From IMG/VR virus record IMGVR_UViG_3300013110_000406: a stretch of 64,000 nucleotides of DNA; one strand, written 5' to 3'. The notes below the pieces were generated by a model. That model saw only the letters and a program-made list of their open reading frames with translations, ran no database searches and was not told where the DNA came from. Position 1 is the stretch's first letter. Every line of letters begins with the position of its first letter. This document shows, one piece after another, positions 51,201 to 59,335 of the stretch. Both the position numbers and the translations under genes were made by a program. This DNA is from an uncultured virus (IMG/VR IMGVR_UViG_3300013110_000406). Lineage: Duplodnaviria > Heunggongvirae > Uroviricota > Caudoviricetes.

Positions 51201-51834
51201 TCGCGTTGAATATAGAGAAGCGATTTTGATTCCGCAGATGCGCCTTATTGATGGTATAAAAATTATTAACTGGAGCGCTATTCACAAGACCAACATTCAA
51301 GGAACGGTGCGCACGGTACGAGAGGCAGCACAGAACCTCTCCGAATATGGATTTGGCGCTAATACAGGCGCTAGTTTTGGAGGCGTAGCTAAAAATTTGG
51401 GTAGCGTTCGCTTCAACCCTTCGGCGGCGCGCCCCACTCCGACGCCTACCTTGGATGTTATTGTGCAGGATTGGGCGGAAGGAGGAGTACAGGCATATGA
51501 CTTTCCTACCAACACTAATGATATGCGTTATCATACTATGATGCCTGTATCAGAACTCTGGCATCATCGTTCCGGCTATAGTCGCCACCCCAAGGATATT
51601 TTTGATGTGAAATATGGTCATTTTAATGCGGTATATCAGCGCTTAAAGGATCAATTAGAAGATCCCAAAGCCTACCACGAGTTTATAAAAGATGGGGCCC
51701 ATGGACCAGTTTATGTGGCTATTGGAAAGAATGGGAGAGTAAAGATAACTGGAAATGAGGATCTAGTGTGGTTCGCTAAAAAAGCGGGTCTTGAAGAGCT
51801 ACCAGTTTTTCTTAGTTATCAACGACAAGTGTAG
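48205..51834 (+). CDS. Large acidic multidomain protein with PcfJ-like segment
   Basis: EAERMAHCG...ISLR...YVTVE...IYQIKGRANSVP; ACTATTTA upstream. Confidence 0.6.
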   Translation: MSYATDKWFNYLRNDVLTEGVRDIGLPEVVIDRIESTLPDVSEKTKTWMGHQWKDTSANNLNHFTGMVRLTNREGVDPEGRAVSDFMVRLLNILTDYSSKGEPGWKELSPEEAEENAKKVRYVLTNLAGPEGIVAKKPFGAWKRGFDKALKNLSKLGVHSEIVGKVKTQLYALFTQTFEMFYRQYSDVFQLLNLDPTNFEYIKSDTIDEAGRTAVEYLEQREDPDQILHTFDDGSYWYDLQTSNCSIEAERMAHCGDADYNNTMISLRKKGKRQKHSKSYVTVEYGNHSDTIYQIKGRANSVPPEETWPHIAWLVDNLGVDSIAESGEHSSEYFDELLDYLRSHTNATIDGGFEARQEAMQEELDEILRAHDGNEGYDVWAEVYDEDIGEGQVYYSGGGSMSLQINLGWPAMKSVEGEYVPMDLEGNELSDIERIPTDNNWTAANDFLAEAGIKDWGYELPGEEEEFEYRVEMLEGHDPAWEMGDDDPPRTAHITIEVQTRQETSDDASAFDYFASEMEGHAEEISATQQKLRTKMVEEGFAVKNAFDAGRTEIGELEGELQNWQVYNEGGEIEFWFNPEVNDEGGRYTIIPSGVEFPVEVFYYTDPSFRDVRKQFQYVWPHARGSHAGMGKVNFSGDKLNQMMAQQLGAQDAMGQRAQQKGQTQLDFGPEYAWQPTPLELARDMEFIVIPQVNYFSDSQGISDVTISYRLTLRVDPNDNAEEIGKTINMVKYLNKNPEQVQEAAHEIIQFSVEPTLEKAETMKKDMLDGSLATTLIRAINRRYGQQAHDGNNEAEKVTLLASWAQKNWGDMTAVERTAVINTYLYPASQGALNLHILDLTDMDNLSHIDQLGMPAGWESDVREELRYRGAGQMVRNNYKWAGGAMAQDVEINEPEDLSEELAPWIETPERYEENQLGRVEKLLEKLRDPTHDLRIYNVRVGCNLIDRVGGTDAEIAAEIRGIDGVTTVRPIADSKREITPTETYVLFDIKFELVGSQSRVEYREAILIPQMRLIDGIKIINWSAIHKTNIQGTVRTVREAAQNLSEYGFGANTGASFGGVAKNLGSVRFNPSAARPTPTPTLDVIVQDWAEGGVQAYDFPTNTNDMRYHTMMPVSELWHHRSGYSRHPKDIFDVKYGHFNAVYQRLKDQLEDPKAYHEFIKDGAHGPVYVAIGKNGRVKITGNEDLVWFAKKAGLEELPVFLSYQRQV

Positions 51835-51843
51835 GTCTTATTT

Positions 51844-52623
51844 ATGGTGCGTAAAATATTACGACAAACAACAAAATTGATTCTTATAGCAGCCCTCACC
51901 ATAGCTGCGATTATAGGAGCTTACACTAGCGCAACGAAATCTGTACAGTTTCCTACAGAAGAAGAAATTACCAGCCTCACCAATGTAGGCCGCTCACTTT
52001 CGGCGGGGGAATCGCTAGCGGTCGTTCGTTCTCGTCAAAGTGCAGTGCAGGTGATGTCATTAGATTTAAATGACGGTGGCATTTCCGCTTCTAGCGGAAC
52101 TTATGTTAAATATAAAGGAAAATACTTTGTTCTTACCACTTCCCACGGGGTAGGGGAAGCGTGCCCGCTTACCCAAATCATAGCAGACGATGTATTGTAT
52201 GACTGTGTTGCGTATGCTTTGCGCGATCCTCAAACTGACTATATTATTATTCAGATAAATAAGATACCAGGACGTCTCCCGGTAGAGTTACCTGTCCATG
52301 CTCCCCATTCTCACGAATGGCAACGAGATATATCCACTCAAACTACCACTTTCTATACTGGATATCCCAACGAAGGTGGCCCTTATACTTTTGATGGAAA
52401 GATTGTAGGCTACAAGGAAGGAGAAGCGCTCTTTGTAGATTCTTATGGATGGAGTGGATCTTCGGGATCAGGAGTTTTTTCGGACAATGGAAAGCTCATC
52501 GGATACGTTATGGCGTTGGAAGTGGGAGAGACTTATTTCGGAAGACAAGTTTTAGAGAACTTTATCTGGGTTGTTCCACTATTTAAAGTAGATTGGATAG
52601 CAGCCGGAGCATTTGCGGATTAA
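51844..52623 (+). CDS. Membrane-anchored trypsin-like serine protease
   Basis: N-terminal TM helix; VLTTSH (His), DY (Asp), GYP, GSSGSGVF (Ser). Confidence 0.85.
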   Translation: MVRKILRQTTKLILIAALTIAAIIGAYTSATKSVQFPTEEEITSLTNVGRSLSAGESLAVVRSRQSAVQVMSLDLNDGGISASSGTYVKYKGKYFVLTTSHGVGEACPLTQIIADDVLYDCVAYALRDPQTDYIIIQINKIPGRLPVELPVHAPHSHEWQRDISTQTTTFYTGYPNEGGPYTFDGKIVGYKEGEALFVDSYGWSGSSGSGVFSDNGKLIGYVMALEVGETYFGRQVLENFIWVVPLFKVDWIAAGAFAD

Positions 52624-52627
52624 ACTT

Positions 52628-52861
52628 ATGACAAAAAAACGACAAGAGTGCTATTTAGGGATTTTTAACAAGATCGATTGTATTGAAGATCGTATTATAG
52701 AAATTAAAGAACAATTAGCTAATTTAAAAGAGGGTTTTTTAGGCTCTGACAACGCAGAGATATGTGTTGACGAAATAGAAGCAGAAAAAGCATTGCTTGA
52801 GATTATGAATGAAACAGCTATTGGCGCACTTCTCGATACAGACCCCCAGGGGGACGCTTGA
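52628..52861 (+). CDS. Hypothetical protein
   Basis: Short ORF in tight gene packing. Confidence 0.5.
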   Translation: MTKKRQECYLGIFNKIDCIEDRIIEIKEQLANLKEGFLGSDNAEICVDEIEAEKALLEIMNETAIGALLDTDPQGDA

Positions 52862-53208
52862 TGCACGAAGACGACAATGAACTTGTCGAATTAGCAACAG
52901 AGCCTGAAGATCTTAAGCCAAAAAAACCGAGCAACAGAGCGCCGGAAGGCATCAGGACTTTTACTGTTTGCCGACAACACGATGAAAGCGGAGTATCAGG
53001 TGAAGGTGTCGTCATTGAAGGCGCGACGTTTGCTACAGGCCACACGGTTATCCACTGGCTCACCCCCGCACCGCGCGGCAGCATTGCTTTCTTTGATGCT
53101 TTCGATGATTTCATTAAGATTCATGTCACTTCTCATCCTGGCAACGGCACTATTATTACGTTTGAAGACGGAGAACAGACTATTTATGACGGAGATAAGG
53201 ACGAATGA
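52861..53208 (+). CDS. Hypothetical phage protein
   Basis: R..DESGVSGEGVV.EG..F..G..V..W motif. Confidence 0.65.
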   Translation: MHEDDNELVELATEPEDLKPKKPSNRAPEGIRTFTVCRQHDESGVSGEGVVIEGATFATGHTVIHWLTPAPRGSIAFFDAFDDFIKIHVTSHPGNGTIITFEDGEQTIYDGDKDE

Positions 53209-54539
53209 GTTATAAATGGACTAGCGGAAGCGTTCGCCGCGGCGATATCTATTTTGAAGATGACGATACCGGCGCTGACACTTATATAGACTTTGGCCAA
53301 GACACAATAACCTTGCGCCCGAGTGGTGCGGCCATCCTCTATGCCGAAGAGGATGCAGTAGGTATTGGAACCACCGATCCTCAAACCACTTTGCATGTGA
53401 AAGGAGATCCCGGACAATTCCGGGTAGAAGATACTACAGTAGATTATGCTTATACCGTAGACTGTGACGGAGATGGAATCCGCACCCACTTTGGAGACAT
53501 GACCGGCGTTGGCGATGAAGATTCATTTATGACCTTCGGCGCATACACTGGTATTAATCGCTTAGACACAGCGGCCCGTGATTTTCACATCTATGGCACC
53601 AACACTACCACCGGGTTCTACTTTGACGAGAGCGCAGGAAAGTTTGGAATTGGTGTGACTGCCCCTGACGAAAAATTGCACGTCTCTGGCAATCTTAAAG
53701 TTGGCGGAGATGATCCGAGAATTAAGATCGTTGCAGATACCGATGATCATCCCGGTGTTGAATTTTACGAGAACAGCACAAGAAAATGGATCATTTACAA
53801 TAACTATACGAACGATAATCTCACATTTAAAACCGATAGCACTATAAGAATGGTAATCGAACAAGACGGGAATGTGGGTATTGGGGTTGGAAACCCTGCG
53901 CAGGCATTAGAAGTGGCTGGCAACATCCGAGTGTCCGATAACGGGAACATCTATTGCGATGGAACCGGAGAGTTATATTTAGGAAACACAGCGGGGGGAG
54001 TAATTCGTGTTGGAGGAGATGGCGGCACCTCAACGGCGCTGGCCTCGTTTAACCACTTGTCGCTCCAAACCAGCCGAGACGACGACGATATCTTCATTAA
54101 GACGGGGGATGCCACCACCACGCGGCTGTTTGTGGAAGGGGATACAGGTAACATAGCCATTGGCACCGCTGCCCCTGGTTCCACATTAGACATCAGCGGC
54201 TCTGTCTCCTTTAATGTTACTTCTTTCGGGGCTTCGGCAAACATTGGGGATACTCACTATACATGCATAGGAAACTGTGGCCCTGGTGGTGCTAATGGAT
54301 CTGTCACCCTTACGTTACCTTCTGCTACTGACGCTATGACTGGTCGCGTATATGTTTTTAAGAGGGCCGACACAGGCGGTTCGGCCCCCGGTGGATCCGC
54401 CCTCGTGGTCGCTCGTAACAGCGCCTATATTGATGGAGGCACGGACAACTTAGAACTCGGCAACGGGGACTGTATCACTATCCAGTGCGTCGGGCAATCA
54501 TCTGGCTGGATCGTCTTAGGAAATTATGTGCCTATTTAG
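53205..54539 (+). CDS. Fibre-like structural protein
   Basis: Four GxxGIGTxxPxxxLHVxG-type repeats and C-terminal TLTLP...GRVYVFKR domain. Confidence 0.7.
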   Translation: MSYKWTSGSVRRGDIYFEDDDTGADTYIDFGQDTITLRPSGAAILYAEEDAVGIGTTDPQTTLHVKGDPGQFRVEDTTVDYAYTVDCDGDGIRTHFGDMTGVGDEDSFMTFGAYTGINRLDTAARDFHIYGTNTTTGFYFDESAGKFGIGVTAPDEKLHVSGNLKVGGDDPRIKIVADTDDHPGVEFYENSTRKWIIYNNYTNDNLTFKTDSTIRMVIEQDGNVGIGVGNPAQALEVAGNIRVSDNGNIYCDGTGELYLGNTAGGVIRVGGDGGTSTALASFNHLSLQTSRDDDDIFIKTGDATTTRLFVEGDTGNIAIGTAAPGSTLDISGSVSFNVTSFGASANIGDTHYTCIGNCGPGGANGSVTLTLPSATDAMTGRVYVFKRADTGGSAPGGSALVVARNSAYIDGGTDNLELGNGDCITIQCVGQSSGWIVLGNYVPI

Positions 54540-54652
54540 GTAAACCATCGGTGCCCCTCTTACGCAGGGTGGATCAGCGCAGGTAGGTTGGGATCTGCGC
54601 CAAATTATGCCTCTTCTGTGAGTTAAAACTACTTACTGAAGAGAGGTTAATT

Positions 54653-55624
54653 ATGTCTTTTGATAAGTGGCGTGAGTTTTTAGCGGAAGCTCCCCGGCGC
54701 GGTAGTCCTGCCGGGATACGGCGCTCTCTAAATACCCTGTTAAACACAGGACCACATAGCGATGGAAGTCCGTATAAAGATGAAGATGAGCATCTCAAAG
54801 GAAAAAAGAATCGCAATCAAATATCCGCGCCACCGGGTGCGCCGGGTGGGGGCAGCATTGGTGCATCGGGCCCTGCGTTAGAAGAAGAGGTGGAAGAAGA
54901 AACCTTTGAGATGCAGCCGGAACTTCAGCCGGAGATTTGGATAGATAATCAGATATGGCCTGAAGTACGCAAACGCTTTTTAGAAATCGTGGAAGATTTT
55001 CTAGACGGCCTAGACCTTAATGTTCCAATTGAAGACGTGCGACTAACGGGATCGCTAGCGAACTATAACTGGTCTAAGTATTCGGATGCCGATCTGCATA
55101 TCGTTGTAGACTTTAGCGAAATAGATGAAGATATTGAGCTAGTCAAAGCTTTTTTCGACGCAGCCCGGGCCCGATGGAACGACCACCATCAGATTAATGT
55201 TTATGGGTTTGAAGTGGAACTATACGTAGAAAACGTCGGGGATATTCATCATTCATCTGGTGTGTATTCGGTCGACCAGAACAAATGGATTATTGAGCCT
55301 ACTCCGCGAGATGTAGAAATTGATTTTATTACTGCTCGCAAGAAAAGCGATGATATTGAAACGCAAGTGAACTTAGTAGAACGTATATTGCGTAATGGAA
55401 ACACGCAAAGCGCCCTCAAGATTATAGAGCGCATTAAACACAAAATCCGTCGTATGCGACAAGCGGGACTGGATAGCCCCCAAAGAGAATTTTCACCAGA
55501 GAACATAGCTTTTAAAATATTGCGTCGTAACGGAACTTTAGAGCGGTTAAGCGGGCTGAAGCGCAATGCATACGACACCCAAATGTCACTCCCCGAGGAA
55601 GTCGATGAAGTTTCAAGCGATTAA
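54653..55624 (+). CDS. Pol-beta superfamily nucleotidyltransferase
   Basis: LTGSLANYNWSKYSDADLHI (GS...DxD), VELYVE, GVYSV. Confidence 0.8.
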   Translation: MSFDKWREFLAEAPRRGSPAGIRRSLNTLLNTGPHSDGSPYKDEDEHLKGKKNRNQISAPPGAPGGGSIGASGPALEEEVEEETFEMQPELQPEIWIDNQIWPEVRKRFLEIVEDFLDGLDLNVPIEDVRLTGSLANYNWSKYSDADLHIVVDFSEIDEDIELVKAFFDAARARWNDHHQINVYGFEVELYVENVGDIHHSSGVYSVDQNKWIIEPTPRDVEIDFITARKKSDDIETQVNLVERILRNGNTQSALKIIERIKHKIRRMRQAGLDSPQREFSPENIAFKILRRNGTLERLSGLKRNAYDTQMSLPEEVDEVSSD

Positions 55625-55847
55625 AAAAACTTCTCGTGTGTCACCTGGAGAGTATCTTTTGCATACTCCATCACAACAAATTGTATTATGTGGCGCGATA
55701 AAGCGCGATGAGGGAATGATTAGGGCTTTAGCCAGCGGGCGCCTGCTGGAAGACAAGATAGAAAATTTCCAGAAGATTTTTCTGCCTCGTGAAGAGTTGA
55801 GAAAAAGAAAAGTGAAACGACCCTGTTCGGGATGCAAAGGCTCATGA
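55605..55847 (+). CDS. Hypothetical protein
   Basis: SD GAGGA; C-terminal CxxC. Confidence 0.55.
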   Translation: MKFQAIKKTSRVSPGEYLLHTPSQQIVLCGAIKRDEGMIRALASGRLLEDKIENFQKIFLPREELRKRKVKRPCSGCKGS

Positions 55848-56053
55848 AAAACCCCATTGAATCAATGCGCCATTTTTGTGTGATTCAATTGGAATTGCTC
55901 AAGACGCGGGAACATAAACTAAGGAAAGAAATAGAAGATTGCGAGATCCAACGGGAGTTTTTATCGCAGGTATTAAAAGATATTGGAGACGTAAATCAAT
56001 TCGAAGGAGATATAATCAGTAATCTCCTAGATACTATAAGGAGGAATAGATAA
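55844..56053 (+). CDS. Hypothetical coiled-coil protein
   Basis: ATGA overlap with upstream gene. Confidence 0.5.
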   Translation: MKNPIESMRHFCVIQLELLKTREHKLRKEIEDCEIQREFLSQVLKDIGDVNQFEGDIISNLLDTIRRNR

Positions 56054-56328
56054 TGACAAGCAAATATATCCCTAATCCCCGGCGGGTAGAGGGCCCTCTC
56101 AACGAGGTAGAAAAGAGAATCGAAGATTTTGTTTATAACCTTTATTTTTCATATGTGTTTGATGAAACTGTTAAGTCCCATCAACAACTTCAAGATGATT
56201 ACATTGAGGCATTCTTAGATCAAGACGACGAAAAGATGCGTGCCATTAATAGAGAGTTAGTTGTTGTGGAGTCGGCATTTGAAGTTACAGCTAATATGAT
56301 AGACGCTGTTGAGGAAGTGTATTCTTGA
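56053..56328 (+). CDS. Hypothetical protein
   Basis: SD GAGGA, TAATG overlap. Confidence 0.6.
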   Translation: MTSKYIPNPRRVEGPLNEVEKRIEDFVYNLYFSYVFDETVKSHQQLQDDYIEAFLDQDDEKMRAINRELVVVESAFEVTANMIDAVEEVYS

Positions 56329-56591
56329 CCAAGATTTATTGTTATTGTCTCTTTGATGGACGAGGCAATTTTCACGGGGTCTACTCTTCGGTAACTGCTG
56401 TCCATCGAGATGCGTTAAAGATCTGCAACAAAGGTTCTGGGCATGTCACGATGGAGACTTCTACCGGACCCATTCCTCCTTCTGCCACTCTCCTCCGAAA
56501 TGCTTTTAAGGGTGCGTTTGATGTGCAGGTGCATTATTCGGGCGGGCCCGGAAACCAAGCTAAGATTATAAAGACTAAACTAAAGGAGTAA
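56325..56591 (+). CDS. Hypothetical protein
   Basis: TTGA overlap, SD GAGGA. Confidence 0.55.
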   Translation: MTKIYCYCLFDGRGNFHGVYSSVTAVHRDALKICNKGSGHVTMETSTGPIPPSATLLRNAFKGAFDVQVHYSGGPGNQAKIIKTKLKE

Positions 56592-56592
56592 G

Positions 56593-56838
56593 ATGACCTA
56601 TTTTGTATATGGGATTACGGACTGTCCGGCCTGTCTCCGAGCGTGTGCAGACTTGATGGAAGCAGATTTAGAATATGTTTTTATAGAAACTGATTTTGCA
56701 CCCACTTATCGATCTCAACTCAAAAAGCAATATCGACGCTCCACATTTCCTATTATTATTAGAGAGAGTGGGCCCGAAACGTTAATAATTGGGGGCCATG
56801 ACGATTTAACCATCCATTTAGCCAAGCGTTCTGGTTGA
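56593..56838 (+). CDS. Glutaredoxin-like protein
   Basis: YGITDCPAC, TFPII, IIGGHDDL. Confidence 0.85.
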   Translation: MTYFVYGITDCPACLRACADLMEADLEYVFIETDFAPTYRSQLKKQYRRSTFPIIIRESGPETLIIGGHDDLTIHLAKRSG

Positions 56839-56902
56839 CAAAAACTTTACTTGCAACTGATCCTCACGCGTGCTATATTATGATCAGACACATACTTACT
56901 AT

Positions 56903-57151
56903 GTGGAACTTAAACGAGGAGACTTAGTAAGATGGGTAACAGACTGGGGGATTTATGCAGCGAGCGCGGATGGGTACGTCCAACGAGAATACCCACAATA
57001 TGCTTACGGCGTCATAATGGAAGTATCCCATCGAGACCCCGATGCTGTAGTGGTTTATTGCTACGATTCCAAACACGAATTCGCGGAACAAGACACGTGG
57101 GTTATCCTGCATCTGGTTCACGACGAATTCGAGTTAGTAAGCGAGGGTTAA
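56903..57151 (+). CDS. Small GDLV-family protein (start approximate)
   Basis: ELKRGDLVRW...YGVIMEV...FELVS. Confidence 0.55.
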   Translation: MELKRGDLVRWVTDWGIYAASADGYVQREYPQYAYGVIMEVSHRDPDAVVVYCYDSKHEFAEQDTWVILHLVHDEFELVSEG

Positions 57152-57154
57152 AAT

Positions 57155-57430
57155 GTGTCTAAGGCGACCGAAGAAGAGGCGCTGGAAGCGCTTAAAAAAG
57201 AAATCCGGGTATGGTGTCACACACCATTTTTGGTTAATACAGGAACAGATGACGGGGGGCGTTATCTGCAAATCTGGATCGAACGCCAGGAACCATCAGC
57301 ACGTTTGGACGCCTGGATGGTAGAAATGCTCCCCGGTAGTAAATATATGGGTTGGCGCTTAATTGTAAGCAAGTGCCCACCCGACTATATAAGATTATTT
57401 ATTTTAAATAAAAAACAAAAGGATTGGTAA
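57155..57430 (+). CDS. Hypothetical protein
   Basis: SD GAGG, 91 aa. Confidence 0.55.
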   Translation: MSKATEEEALEALKKEIRVWCHTPFLVNTGTDDGGRYLQIWIERQEPSARLDAWMVEMLPGSKYMGWRLIVSKCPPDYIRLFILNKKQKDW

Positions 57431-57774
57431 TGGAGGTTGGGGAACTGGTTTGTTTATACCGACGAAAGCATAAAGGGATTGGAATCGTCTTAGAAAAAGA
57501 AACGATTAGCGATGAAAAAATAAGAATAATAGAGATTGCTCAAAAAGCCGACTGGAAACAAAAAGAAGAACTAAAACGCAAAGCTCTTAGTGGGGCGTCT
57601 CAAAAAGGATTAATCGAAGCGGCCTTTCTCTATAACTTGTGGCAAGCGAACGCGAAGCTCAAAAAGGATTTTGTTTATATTAAATGGTTTCAGTGTCCCT
57701 CGGAGTATGAACAGACAAAAACTACCACGGATGCTGATTGGTTTCCGGTTGATTGGGTGGGAAGAATAAACTAA
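57430..57774 (+). CDS. Small GDLV-family protein
   Basis: MEVGELV...GIGIVL...YIKW. Confidence 0.6.
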   Translation: MEVGELVCLYRRKHKGIGIVLEKETISDEKIRIIEIAQKADWKQKEELKRKALSGASQKGLIEAAFLYNLWQANAKLKKDFVYIKWFQCPSEYEQTKTTTDADWFPVDWVGRIN

Positions 57775-57790
57775 CTCTATACTTAGTTAT

Positions 57791-58060
57791 GTGGCAACTA
57801 CTCACATTCCAGTCTACAAAATCGGGGATCTTGTAAAGTGTATTTATGATCTATTCGATCACTACCAGTATTTCTGGGATCAAGAGCCCGCAAGTGGCTA
57901 TCCTTTCCACGGGATTATCATAGATATCCAAGACAATATGCTGATGGACGAAGAGGTTCACGAATACGGTTATGAGAAACTTTATATTGTTCGCTGTTTC
58001 GATGGACACGTCAGATTTTTTGCTCACTGGGAAATGCGGCTCGTGTCAACATCTTCTTGA
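57791..58060 (+). CDS. Small GDLV-family protein
   Basis: YKIGDLVK...GIIIDI...YIVR...EMRLVS. Confidence 0.6.
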   Translation: MATTHIPVYKIGDLVKCIYDLFDHYQYFWDQEPASGYPFHGIIIDIQDNMLMDEEVHEYGYEKLYIVRCFDGHVRFFAHWEMRLVSTSS

Positions 58061-58100
58061 CAACTTTGTGGTTGACACCGGTATTAGAAGATGCTATATT
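58046..58100 (+). promoter_or_regulatory. Sigma70 promoter with upstream TTGACA-like repeats, drives tRNA-Leu
   Basis: TTGACA(58072)-N17-TATATT; extra hexamers at 58046 and 58057. Confidence 0.8.
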
Positions 58101-58108
58101 AAGAACAT

Positions 58109-58196
58109 GGCCGAGTGGTGGAATAGGTAGACACACCGGACTTAAAATCCGTTGATCATTATGATCGTGAGGGTTCAAGTCCCTCCTCGGCTACCA
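58109..58196 (+). tRNA. tRNA-Leu (TAA)
   Basis: GGCCGAG/CTCGGCT acceptor stem, CT-TAA-AA loop, long variable arm, GGTTCAAGT T-loop, encoded CCA. Confidence 0.96.
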
Positions 58197-58197
58197 C

Positions 58198-58252
58198 CTT
58201 ACATCTTCTTGACAACTTTTGGCTTGACCACACAAACTGGGCATGCTATATT
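58198..58252 (+). promoter_or_regulatory. Sigma70 promoter with upstream repeats
   Basis: TTGACC(58224)-N17-TATATT; 19-bp ACATCTTCTTGACAACTTT identical to 58049-58067. Confidence 0.75.
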
Positions 58253-58309
58253 ATGAACACTGACCACATTAACATCTTCACCGACGAAGAAATCAACAAG
58301 GAGCTACGG

Positions 58310-58693
58310 ATGGGCACCCGCTCACACATTTATATTGAAACCGAACCAGGAAGATTTCTGGGAACTTACTGTCAGTTTGACGGCTATCCTTCCCATATGT
58401 TTCCACAACTTGAAAAGCGCAGCCATGACGAAGTATATAGTATTATCGTCAGAGGACAAACACGCGGTGGCTTGGTAGGCATTGCTGCTACGCCGTCTTC
58501 TCCTATTGAATATCAAGATGGAATGGGGGAAGCATCTTTTCTTTTTAATCCGACAGACTATCTCGAAAGCACCTGCGTTAACTACGTTTATGTAAAGCGA
58601 CTGGATGGAACGGTACTATGGCGGGAAACCCGCAACGCTGAACCTGGAATCCCGATGCCCTGGTATAACACAGCACCCGAGGAGGAAGAATAA
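58310..58693 (+). CDS. Conserved-type phage hypothetical protein
   Basis: SD AAGGAG; MGTRSHI...YCQFDGYP motif. Confidence 0.65.
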   Translation: MGTRSHIYIETEPGRFLGTYCQFDGYPSHMFPQLEKRSHDEVYSIIVRGQTRGGLVGIAATPSSPIEYQDGMGEASFLFNPTDYLESTCVNYVYVKRLDGTVLWRETRNAEPGIPMPWYNTAPEEEE

Positions 58694-58694
58694 A

Positions 58695-58916
58695 ATGATG
58701 TTTGAAGCAGGCGAAAAAGTTATTGTAATGGCAGGCAGTGTTCATTCTCCGTCCTATCTACAGGGCGAGAGCGGAATGATCCTTGAAGTATCGGGATCAT
58801 CTGATTATGTACCTGAACATTATACTATTAAGTTTGAGAAAGAGACTCATATTCTTTATGGGTCCGAACTACGGAGAGAAGAAAGTGAACAAGACGTGAC
58901 GTATGAACTAAAATAA
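58695..58916 (+). CDS. Small GDLV-family protein
   Basis: MFEAGEKV...GMILEV...YTIKF...SELR. Confidence 0.6.
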   Translation: MMFEAGEKVIVMAGSVHSPSYLQGESGMILEVSGSSDYVPEHYTIKFEKETHILYGSELRREESEQDVTYELK

Positions 58917-58922
58917 GTGGTT

Positions 58923-59077
58923 GGCCCCTGGAGTAATACTTAAGGACATTCGGGTTCAATGTCTACAATGAACCTTGTACCCATCTGGTGAGGTGAAACC
59001 TGCGAGGGTAATGCAGGAGTGGAAAGTAGGCTAACGAGTGGAAGACGCGGTGAAGACAGCGTTCCTCTCCAGGGGCC
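58923..59077 (+). ncRNA. Candidate structured non-coding RNA (strand inferred)
   Basis: Perfect 11-bp closing stem GGCCCCTGGAG/CTCCAGGGGCC enclosing several hairpins; fills an intergenic gap. Confidence 0.6.
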
Positions 59078-59093
59078 TTTACATTGATTTGAC

Positions 59094-59122
59094 TTGACAA
59101 AGAGAAGAAAATGAGATATATT
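59094..59122 (+). promoter_or_regulatory. Sigma70 promoter
   Basis: TTGACA-N17-TATATT. Confidence 0.75.
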
Positions 59123-59128
59123 ATACAT

Positions 59129-59335
59129 ATGAAAAAGGGTGACGTAGTTAAGTTTGTTTCTCCCCCAGGACTTCACCACTTGGATTCGGTGATGAACTGG
59201 AAACAGCAGAGTCCTGGTTTGGTCGTGGGGAGCAAAGACACTTCTCTCAAGAAGCGGTCTTATGAAGTGCTGTGGAAGAACGGCGAAAGAACTTTTGAAT
59301 GGGAATCATATTTGGAGATTATTAGTAAAGCATGA
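59129..59335 (+). CDS. Small GDLV-family protein
   Basis: MKKGDVVKF...GLVV...YEVLW...LEIIS. Confidence 0.65.
   Translation: MKKGDVVKFVSPPGLHHLDSVMNWKQQSPGLVVGSKDTSLKKRSYEVLWKNGERTFEWESYLEIISKA

Noticed and set aside
48670..51534. Several 100-205 aa minus-strand ORFs
   Set aside because: Antisense to the 1209-aa gene; no motifs; the window is otherwise uniformly + strand
53205..54539. Diversity-generating retroelement target in the fibre gene
   Set aside because: No reverse transcriptase or template/variable repeat pair seen in the window
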